DNA from: an uncultured Planctomycetales bacterium
Lineage (GTDB): Bacteria; Planctomycetota; Phycisphaerae; UBA1845; Fen-1342
DNA: 64,000 bases
Assembly (NCBI GenBank): GCA_964638325.1
Contig: CAZWYT010000004.1
Span: forward strand, 29,308 to 93,307
Direction: 5' to 3'
Positions 48,438 to 56,294 of this stretch are shown piece after piece. Numbering within the stretch: position 1 is the first letter of the stretch; every line of letters starts with the position of its first letter. The position numbers and the translations under genes were made by a program. The notes under the pieces were generated by a model that made no database searches, was not told the origin of the DNA, and saw only the letters and a program-made list of their open reading frames with translations.

Positions 48438-50225
48438 TCATCCGCCACCGCTCAGCAGCGCGACGAACGGGTTGATGTCGCCGAACGACACGGTGCCGTC
48501 GCCGTTGATGTCGGCGTTCAGGATCTCGCAGTCGGGAAACGCCGCCAAGTAGCCGGCCGGACTGCTGAGCGCGAGCACGAACGGGTTGATGTCCCCGAAA
48601 TCGATCGTCCCATCACAGTTCAAGTCGCCGGGCGGGCTCCACGTGAACGTGTCAATCTGCGCCAGGCTGTTGGTCGCGTCGTAGCCGGCGTTCAGAATGT
48701 ACGTCATGGAGTGGTCCAGGTAGGTGCGGAACGCGCTGTTCGGATCGTCGGGGTCGGCGCTGGGGTAGGGCCACGGCGGTGAGTAGCCGTTCGCCAGGAA
48801 CGCGGGGATGAGAATGTTCTTCACCGCCCAGATGTCGGTGGCGACGGGGTCCAGGCTCGCGATCAGCTCGTCCCGCCGGGTGGCGCCGGCATACGTCGTC
48901 CACGGGCCGTCGTACGGATTGGCGTTGATCCAGACGCAATCGAGGATGTTGAGGTTGGCCGGGCGGATCTCGCCCAGCAGCGCGCCGAGAATGCCGCGCG
49001 CGATGGCGCTATGGGAATTCGTGTTCAGCTCCCCGGTGACGACGCCCATGTAATGCTTCACGCAGGCCGTCGCGCCGTACGACGCATGGTGCGATTTCAG
49101 CACCGGCACGTTGATGAACTTGAGGTGCTCCAGGTCATACGTTCCGCGCAGCGGGCTCCACAGGCCGTATTTCAAGCTGATGTAGGTGCCGTAGCTGGTC
49201 CGGAACTTCGGGTACGAGATCCGGCCCTGGAGCTGCGGGTCGTACGGGTAGACGACGTAGCCGTTCTGCAGATTCCCCGCGGAGTACTCGGTGACACTGG
49301 TGGTGCGGATGCTCGTCCAGTCGAAGTGCGTGACGGGGTAGCCCTGCGACTGGAACCCTATGACCACGTCGTGCGGCGAGAGCGAGTGGTCCTGCGCGTT
49401 GTTGGCGGCCCGGTCGAAGTTCTCGACCGAGTTGAACTGGGCGTTCTCGCACACGACGACCTGCCCGGTGAAGGTGTCGGGATGATCGACGATACAACGG
49501 ATCAGGCCGCGCAGGAGGTCCGTGTTCGTGCCGCCGCGCTCGGGCCACTGATAGTTGATCTTGACGACCACCACGTCGTCGGCGGCGATGATTCCGTCGG
49601 GGCCCGCCAGTAGCGACTCATCAGGCGAGCGATAGAACTTCAGCCCGTTGCGGCCCATGAGCTTGAGGAGATCATCCAGGCCCACAAAGCGGTCGCCGAC
49701 CGGGTTCTGGGGGCAGTCCGTCACGTGGTAGAGCTGGGCGCGGTAGTCGCGCGGGGCGGCCCGCATGGGCAGGGGGGCCGCGCTGGCCCGGGTCAGATAG
49801 CCCCACGTGCCGAGCGTAGCAAAGAGCCCGAGTGCGGCGATGGCAACACCGACCGGCGTGCGCAGCACGGCCAGCGTCCGGCGCCAGGCCGCGATCACGG
49901 CGGCCACAAGCAGCCCGCCGAACGCCAGGGACGCGGTCGAAACGGCGGCCTGCTGACATGGGTAGGTGAGCCGGCTGGGTTTGGTGCCACTGCGGAGCAG
50001 CAGCCAGGCGAGCGCGAAAATCCCGCTGAGCAGCAGGTTGATGCGCAGCCAGCGCTGCAGGAAGCCCGCCGGCGGCTGGTGATGGGAATGCTGCCCTCGG
50101 TCAAGGCGGACGCTGTGCGGGCGCGGGTGGAAGTTCATGATCGCTCGTCTCCCCGTGGGTCGAATGACTCCACCAGTACACGGGCCCTCCGCGGTCGGGG
50201 TATTCCGGTTAAACCTACCGGCCAT
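48438..50225 (-). CDS. membrane-anchored DUF362-like protein with C-terminal tandem dockerin-like repeat
   Basis: N-terminal TM helices, central region resembling DUF362 (VVVKINYQWPERGGTNTDLL...VVVCENAQF...ILDCVWINANP...LDPVATDIWAVKNIL), C-terminus DLNCDGTIDFGDINPFVLALSSPAGYLAAFPDCEILNADINGDGTVSFGDINPFVALLSGGG*. Alternative start 50138. Confidence 0.55.
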   Translation of the reverse strand: MAGRFNRNTPTAEGPCTGGVIRPTGRRAIMNFHPRPHSVRLDRGQHSHHQPPAGFLQRWLRINLLLSGIFALAWLLLRSGTKPSRLTYPCQQAAVSTASLAFGGLLVAAVIAAWRRTLAVLRTPVGVAIAALGLFATLGTWGYLTRASAAPLPMRAAPRDYRAQLYHVTDCPQNPVGDRFVGLDDLLKLMGRNGLKFYRSPDESLLAGPDGIIAADDVVVVKINYQWPERGGTNTDLLRGLIRCIVDHPDTFTGQVVVCENAQFNSVENFDRAANNAQDHSLSPHDVVIGFQSQGYPVTHFDWTSIRTTSVTEYSAGNLQNGYVVYPYDPQLQGRISYPKFRTSYGTYISLKYGLWSPLRGTYDLEHLKFINVPVLKSHHASYGATACVKHYMGVVTGELNTNSHSAIARGILGALLGEIRPANLNILDCVWINANPYDGPWTTYAGATRRDELIASLDPVATDIWAVKNILIPAFLANGYSPPWPYPSADPDDPNSAFRTYLDHSMTYILNAGYDATNSLAQIDTFTWSPPGDLNCDGTIDFGDINPFVLALSSPAGYLAAFPDCEILNADINGDGTVSFGDINPFVALLSGGG

Positions 50226-50335
50226 TCTAGGAGGATGACCGCTTCGGCCACAAGCAAAAAAACCGGTCGCCTGTCGTGTCGCGTGATCGACAAACTCCCC
50301 TCTGTTCCCAGCCGGGAGAGGGGGGCCATGGGTCG

Positions 50336-51655
50336 TTACCCGCCGGTCAGCAGCGCCACAAACGGGTTGATGTCGCCGAAGTTCAACGTGCCGTCTTCAT
50401 TGATATCGCCGTCCATGATGTCGCAGTCTGGGAACGTGGCCTCATATGCGCTCGGGTTGGACAACGCCAGCACGAACGGGTTGATGTCGGCGAAGTTGAC
50501 GGCGCCGTCGCAGTTCAGGTCGCCGTAGGCCGGCGTCAGGCGGCAGGCGCGCCACTGGCCGTTGAGCACGCCGCAGCCGGCGATCTGGCCGCGATCGTTG
50601 ATGTCCAACGCCTGCGTAAGGTACCAGCCTGCGCCGCCGACGAGCGCGTCGTTCAGGACCGTCATGACGCCCCGGCGCCAGACGAACGCCAGCGCGGTAG
50701 AGTCATCAAACTGCAACGTCCATGGCGGGTTGTACATGTAGCCGCAGCCGACCACGGTTTCGCTGTTGTTGAGCCGGTAGGCCCGGCTGTAGGGTTTCCC
50801 GGGCGGGGTACCGAGATCGATGGCCTGGTTCCCGTCGTGGAAAAAGGCCCGGCTGCAACCCTCTCCCCCTGGGGGAGTCCAGACCCCGACGTATTGGTTG
50901 AAATCATTGATATCGGCAGTCCCGGTCGGATCGCCGAGACCCTCCAGTTGCCGTACGTCGTCGGGGTAGTTGGGGTCGTTGGGGTCCCAGCCCCATGCGC
51001 ACGCCACCGACACGGGAATTTCGAGTGAACACCCGACGATGACGCCCGACTGATTGATGCCATAGGCGTGCGCTTCGGGCCACGGCGGCAGTGGGTCAAG
51101 CAGCCGTAACGTCCATTGGCCGTTGAGCTTGTCCCACCGAGGGGCTTGCCCATCGTAGTTGCCAGTGCGCCGGCACGCCGCCCCCACGATGATCCCGTCG
51201 TCGTTGACGGCCAAGGCGCCGCTGGTGTCGCGGTCTGCCGGGGGCGGCAATTGTTCCAGGTGCGGCTGCGGATCGCGCTCCCAGACGAACGGCACCCACC
51301 GCCATCCGCCGCTGTAGATCTTCGCCTCGCCCACGATCTTCGTGCCATCGTTCGACGCGCCGTGGGGCCATGCGTCATACCAGCCGGCGAGTGTGCCGAG
51401 GTCCTCGGCCACACCGTTGGGATCCATAGGATCCCAGCGCGTCGCGTGCCCCACATAGTTGCTGTTGTCCGACGTGCCGGCCACCACACCGGCGGTGTCG
51501 ATCGTGCTGCCGAAGCTGCGTGGGTACGGCGACAGCGGCGGCAGCTCCTCGATCCAGTAGCGTTGCGCCAGGGCCGGTGCGACGGCGGCCAGGGCGACGA
51601 GCGCAGCGATCGCCAACCGACCGATACTCAATGAGTTGTGATTCGTGGGGTTCAT
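50336..51655 (-). CDS. secreted HAF-repeat protein with C-terminal tandem dockerin-like repeat
   Basis: Signal peptide (IGRLAIAALVALAAVAPALAQ). At least 6 HAF-type repeats (AHAYGINQSGVIVGCS, AYRLNNSETVVGCG, ALDINDRGQIAGCG, ALAVNDDGIIVGAA ...). C-terminus DLNCDGAVNFADINPFVLALSNPSAYEATFPDCDIMDGDINEDGTLNFGDINPFVALLTGG*. ORF 50336..52708 is a read-through artefact. Confidence 0.6.
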   Translation of the reverse strand: MNPTNHNSLSIGRLAIAALVALAAVAPALAQRYWIEELPPLSPYPRSFGSTIDTAGVVAGTSDNSNYVGHATRWDPMDPNGVAEDLGTLAGWYDAWPHGASNDGTKIVGEAKIYSGGWRWVPFVWERDPQPHLEQLPPPADRDTSGALAVNDDGIIVGAACRRTGNYDGQAPRWDKLNGQWTLRLLDPLPPWPEAHAYGINQSGVIVGCSLEIPVSVACAWGWDPNDPNYPDDVRQLEGLGDPTGTADINDFNQYVGVWTPPGGEGCSRAFFHDGNQAIDLGTPPGKPYSRAYRLNNSETVVGCGYMYNPPWTLQFDDSTALAFVWRRGVMTVLNDALVGGAGWYLTQALDINDRGQIAGCGVLNGQWRACRLTPAYGDLNCDGAVNFADINPFVLALSNPSAYEATFPDCDIMDGDINEDGTLNFGDINPFVALLTGG

Positions 51656-51802
51656 GGGCAGCCTCCGTTTCTGAGCCACGAGTTTCATCTGGACGTTTCG
51701 CTTCGAAAGCGAGATACTGATATCTGCGTCCAAACTTCTATTCGCTGTTTTCCTGGCGGACCGACTCACGAACTTCGCCTTTTTTTTCGATGACGGGCCA
51801 AA

Positions 51803-52390
51803 ATGGCGACGACCGAACCGAAGCACGTCACCTCGCTGCTGAACGCTGCACGGACGGGAGACGGCGCAGCGGCAGGGGAGCTGTTGCCGCTGATCTATGG
51901 TGAGTTGCGTCGCTTGGCGGCCAGGCAGATGGGCAGGCTGCCCGGCGGGGGCCGGGACGACACGCTCCAGCCCACGGCGCTTGTGCACGAGGCCTACCTG
52001 CGGCTGGTCGGCGGCGACGACGTTCCCTGGCCCGATCGCAGACAGTTCCACGCCGCCGCCGCCGTGACGATGCGCGAGATCCTCGTCGAACGGGCGCGGC
52101 GGAAGTATCGCGCCAAACACGGCGGAGGGCGCAAGCCCGTCGGATTGGGGGCCGTGGCCGAGGTGGTGGACAAGACCCAGCGCGCGCCGATCGACATCCT
52201 GGCCCTGGACGAGGCCCTGACACACCTGGCAGCGCGGCATCCGCGCTGCGTTGAGATTGTCATGTTGCGATACTTCGCCGGTCTGTCGGCCGAGGATACG
52301 GCGCGGGCGCTGGAGCTTTCGCGCGCGACCGTCCAGCGCGAGTGGACGCTGGCCAAAGTCACGCTTTTTGAGGAACTGAGGGGGGACTAG
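51803..52390 (+). CDS. ECF-type RNA polymerase sigma factor (kinase-associated TIGR02999-like subgroup)
   Basis: Region 2 (LVHEAYLRL), region 4 HTH (EIVMLRYFAGLSAEDTARALELSRATVQREW). N-terminal AARTGDGAAAGELLPLIYGELRRLAARQM typical of the sigma subgroup that pairs with Ser/Thr kinases. Followed 77 bp later by a kinase. Confidence 0.8.
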   Translation: MATTEPKHVTSLLNAARTGDGAAAGELLPLIYGELRRLAARQMGRLPGGGRDDTLQPTALVHEAYLRLVGGDDVPWPDRRQFHAAAAVTMREILVERARRKYRAKHGGGRKPVGLGAVAEVVDKTQRAPIDILALDEALTHLAARHPRCVEIVMLRYFAGLSAEDTARALELSRATVQREWTLAKVTLFEELRGD

Positions 52391-52466
52391 GACACGCGCA
52401 GCGCGACGGTGCGCCATGCTTGCAGCGCTCGCCCGGCCCTGCCGAAGGTCCTCCGGAGGGCAGAGC

Positions 52467-55400
52467 ATGGCTGAGATCGATCCGGAGCGCTGGGTGCAGG
52501 TGTACCTGGCCGCGCTGGAGCAGGAACCGGCGGCCCGCGCCGCGCTGCTCGACCGCGAGTGCGCCGGCGACGCGGCCCTGCGGGCGCGCGTCGAGCGCTT
52601 GCTGGCGCGCGGCGCGGAGCTCGAACAGTTCCTGGAAAAACCCGCGACCCTGGCCGCGCCCGAACCCGATGGCGCTGACGCGGCCAGCGCCGATCGCCTC
52701 GTGGGCACCCGCGTGGGCCGCTACCGCGTGCGGCGCGTGATCGGCGTGGGCGGCATGGGCGTGGTCTACGAGGCCGAGCAACACTCACCGCACCGGACCG
52801 TCGCGCTCAAGCTGCTGCGGCCCGGCTGGGTGTCCCAGTCGCTGCTGCGGCGCTTCGAGCACGAGGAAGAGGTGCTCGGCCGCCTGCACCATCCGGGCAT
52901 CGCGCAGATCTACGAGGCCGGAATCCACCGGTTGGAAACCGGTGCCACAGTTCCCTTCTTCGCGATGGAACTGGTCCACGGCCGGCCACTGACGGAGTAC
53001 GCCGAACAGGCCAGGCTGGGTACGCGGCAACGGCTGGAGCTGTTCGCGCGCATCTGCGACGCGGTGCAGCACGCCCACCAGCACGGCGTCATTCACCGCG
53101 ACCTCAAGCCGGGGAATATCCTCGTGGAGGAGGAAGGGATCGAGGGAGCAAGGGATCAAGGCAGCGAGGTCCACCCGGGCCGAATCGAACGTCATCCCGA
53201 TCGATTCCCCGAGCCATTGATTCGCAGCTCTCTTTCGGTGCAGCCGAAGATTCTCGACTTCGGAGTCGCCCGTGTCACCGACGGCGACATTGCCCTGACG
53301 ACCATGCGGACCGACGTCGGCCAGCTCATCGGCACGATCGCTTACATGAGCCCCGAACAGGCTCGCGGCAACAGCCGGGAACTGGACACGCGCTCGGATG
53401 TCTACGCCCTGGGCGTCATCCTGTACGAGCTGCTTACCGGCCGGCTGCCGCACGATGTGACGCACAAGCCGATTCCGGAGGCCGTGCGGGTCATCACCCA
53501 GGACGATCCAACGCCGATCAGCTCCGTCGTCGATGCGGCCGGACGGCCACTCCGCCACCTTCGTGGCGACATCGAGACGATCGTGGCGCGGGCACTGGAG
53601 AAGGACAAAGGCCGACGCTATGCATCCACGGCGGAGTTGGCCGCCGACATCCGCCGCTACCTGGCGGATGAGCCGATTGTCGCTCGTCCGACCAGCACGT
53701 TCTACCAGTTGCGCAAGTTCGCCCGCCGCAATCGGGGACTGGTGGGCGGGGTGGTCGCGGCGTTTGTCGTGCTGGTGGCGGGGCTGACGGGTTCGCTCAT
53801 CTCCTGGCGAAACGCGGTCTACGAGCGAAACCGCGCCCAGAGGGCCGAGCAGGTAGCGCGGGAGGCTCAAGCTGTTGCGGTCGCGGAGCGCGAGGAAGCC
53901 CAACGGCAGCGGGATAGAGCACGAGAGACAGGCAAGGGAGGACGCATTGAAGTTCTGCGGCGTCTTTACGGTGGTCTGCCGGGGCCCCAGGTTGAGCCCG
54001 CCTGGTTCATCGCCAGTGCGGACCTGGACGCCGAGGGGGACGCGGACCTGGTGGTGGCGAACACCTACAGCGATCGAGTATCCGTGCTGCTCAACCGAGG
54101 CAGCGGATCTTTCGCGGCCCCCGTCGCCTACGCGGTTGGGGACGAACCTCTGTCCGTCGCGATCGGGGATCTTGATGGCAATGGGTACGCCGATCTGGCC
54201 GTGGCGAACGCGAACGATGACAACGTCTCGGTCCTGCTGAACCACGGGGACGGCACGTTCGCCACCCAGTGCACGTACACGGCGGGCTACTATTCTTGCT
54301 CGGTTGCGATCGGCGATGTGAACCGGGACGAGCACGCGGACCTGGTGCTGGCAAACGCCAACACCAGCAACGTATCGATCCTGCTGAACCGTGGTGACGG
54401 CACATTTGCGGATCAGGTGACGTGCCTTGCAGGCGCGGCGCCCTGCTACGTCGCGCTCGCGGACCTGGACGGCGACGGGGATCTTGATTTGGCCGTGGCG
54501 AACGAAAGCGGGAACGATGTGTCGATCCTGCTCAACCACGGAGATGGGACCTTCGCGGCGCACGTGACGTACCCCGTCGGACAAGGGCCACGGTCGATCG
54601 CGCTCCACGATCTGAACGGCGATGGGCATCCCGACATGGTCACGGCCAATCCGAGCAGCAACACCGTCTCCATCCTGCTCAACCGCGGCAACGGTGCGTT
54701 CGCGGGTCAAGTGGTCCACGCGGTTGGCGATCGACCCAGGTCTGTCGCGCTGGGGGACCTGGACGGCGACGGGGATGCCGACCTGACCGTGGTACACTGG
54801 ATGAGCGACGACGCCTGGATCTTTTTGAACCGCGGGGACGGCGGGTTTGGGCCCGCGGTTTCCTATTACGCCGGCGACGGGCCCTGGTCGCTCGCGCTCG
54901 CCGACCTCGACGGCGACGGGCACATCGACCTCGCCGTGGCGAACACGCTGGGAGACAAGGCCATCCTCCTGAACCGGGGGGACGGCCGGTTTGCGGCGCC
55001 GATTACGCACGCCGTCGGGGATGAGCCCGGCGCTGTCGCGATCGCGGACCTCGATGGCGACGGAAACGCGGACTTGGTGGCGGTGAACGGGCACAGCGAT
55101 GACGTATCCGTCCTGCTAAGCCGGGGGGGCGGCTCATTCGCGCCGCAGGTAAGGTACGCGGTCGGCGACTCGCCGCGCTCCGTCGTGATTGGTGATCTGG
55201 ATGGCAACGGCAGTCCCGATCTGGCCGCGACACACCACTTCGACCGCGACGTCTCGATCCTGCTGAACCGCGGCGACGGCACGTTCGCCGGCCAAGCCGC
55301 CTGCCACATCGGTGCGGGCAGTGCCGCCGCGGCGGGTGACCTGGACGGCGATGGGCATGTTGACCTGGCCGTGACCAGCAGCGACGACGTCAAGGTACTG

Positions 55401-56018
55401 CTGAACCGCGGTAACGGCACCTTTGCTGCCCCGGTTCGCTACAGCACCGGGGAGGGTGCCGGGTCCGTGGCGATCCAGGACCTCAATGGCGACGGACACG
55501 CGGACCTGGCCATGGCGCTCGATGGCGATGGCAGCGTATCGGTGTTCATGAACCAGGGCGACGGCACGTTCGTGCTGCAGGGAGTGTACCCCGTCGGCTA
55601 CGGGGCATACGCGGTCGCTGCGGGGGACCTGGACGGCGACGGAGCTGCCGACCTGACCGTGGCCATGCGTTGGGACGACCGCATTCTGATCTTCCTGAAC
55701 AACGGCGACGGCACGTTCGCGGCGCCCACCGCCCACGCGGTTGGGCGCGGACCCGTATCGGTGGCGATCGGTGATCTGGATGCTGATGGACACGCCGACA
55801 TTGCCGTAGCAAACCCGGGCAGCGAAAACGTCTCCATTCTGCTGAGCCACGGGGACGGCACGTTCGCGACGCAATCCGCGTTGTCGGCCGGGGGCAGCCC
55901 TTGGTCGGTCGCCATCGGCGATCTGGATCGAGACGGGATCCCAGACCTGGCCCTCGCGATTAGCGGCAGCAACACTATCTCGGTCTTGCTGAGTTCGGCG
56001 CGCCCCACAGCACGTTAA
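52467..56018 (+). CDS. Ser/Thr protein kinase with TM segment and C-terminal FG-GAP/VCBS-type beta-propeller repeats
   Basis: GVGGMGVVYEA (Gly-rich loop), VALK, HRDLKPGNILV, DFGVAR, AYMSPEQ, TM helix (LVGGVVAAFVVLVAGL), then ~28 tandem repeats of DLDGDG.ADL.VAN....VS.LLN.GDGTFA. Confidence 0.8.
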   Translation: MAEIDPERWVQVYLAALEQEPAARAALLDRECAGDAALRARVERLLARGAELEQFLEKPATLAAPEPDGADAASADRLVGTRVGRYRVRRVIGVGGMGVVYEAEQHSPHRTVALKLLRPGWVSQSLLRRFEHEEEVLGRLHHPGIAQIYEAGIHRLETGATVPFFAMELVHGRPLTEYAEQARLGTRQRLELFARICDAVQHAHQHGVIHRDLKPGNILVEEEGIEGARDQGSEVHPGRIERHPDRFPEPLIRSSLSVQPKILDFGVARVTDGDIALTTMRTDVGQLIGTIAYMSPEQARGNSRELDTRSDVYALGVILYELLTGRLPHDVTHKPIPEAVRVITQDDPTPISSVVDAAGRPLRHLRGDIETIVARALEKDKGRRYASTAELAADIRRYLADEPIVARPTSTFYQLRKFARRNRGLVGGVVAAFVVLVAGLTGSLISWRNAVYERNRAQRAEQVAREAQAVAVAEREEAQRQRDRARETGKGGRIEVLRRLYGGLPGPQVEPAWFIASADLDAEGDADLVVANTYSDRVSVLLNRGSGSFAAPVAYAVGDEPLSVAIGDLDGNGYADLAVANANDDNVSVLLNHGDGTFATQCTYTAGYYSCSVAIGDVNRDEHADLVLANANTSNVSILLNRGDGTFADQVTCLAGAAPCYVALADLDGDGDLDLAVANESGNDVSILLNHGDGTFAAHVTYPVGQGPRSIALHDLNGDGHPDMVTANPSSNTVSILLNRGNGAFAGQVVHAVGDRPRSVALGDLDGDGDADLTVVHWMSDDAWIFLNRGDGGFGPAVSYYAGDGPWSLALADLDGDGHIDLAVANTLGDKAILLNRGDGRFAAPITHAVGDEPGAVAIADLDGDGNADLVAVNGHSDDVSVLLSRGGGSFAPQVRYAVGDSPRSVVIGDLDGNGSPDLAATHHFDRDVSILLNRGDGTFAGQAACHIGAGSAAAAGDLDGDGHVDLAVTSSDDVKVLLNRGNGTFAAPVRYSTGEGAGSVAIQDLNGDGHADLAMALDGDGSVSVFMNQGDGTFVLQGVYPVGYGAYAVAAGDLDGDGAADLTVAMRWDDRILIFLNNGDGTFAAPTAHAVGRGPVSVAIGDLDADGHADIAVANPGSENVSILLSHGDGTFATQSALSAGGSPWSVAIGDLDRDGIPDLALAISGSNTISVLLSSARPTAR

Positions 56019-56294
56019 GACCCACAACGATGCGCTGCCGCGCGGACATCCGCTTGCACCACGGCCGATGCCTGCTGGCGCTGGGCCGCCATGCCGACAC
56101 CGGGCGCGCGCTGCTTGAAAGCGACCGCCTCCTGGAGTCATCCGCGAACCCCGACGAAACGGCGCGGCAGTCCCTGACGGAAGCGATGATCAAGCTCTAC
56201 GATGCGTGGGATAGGCCCGATCAGGCCGCCGCGTGGCGCGCGAAGCTGCCCGCTACGCAGCCCGCCGAAACTCAGCCCTGACTGAGCCTGCGCA

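Noticed and set aside
50336-52708. 790-aa ORF
   Set aside because: N-terminal 350 aa are antisense to the ECF sigma factor gene (51803..52390) and Arg-rich. The real HAF/dockerin protein starts at ATG 51655 with a signal peptide.
52785-55094. 769-aa ORF on - strand, and 55134..56141 (335 aa)
   Set aside because: Antisense to the FG-GAP repeat region of kinase 1. The repetitiveness of the sense gene generates long open antisense frames.
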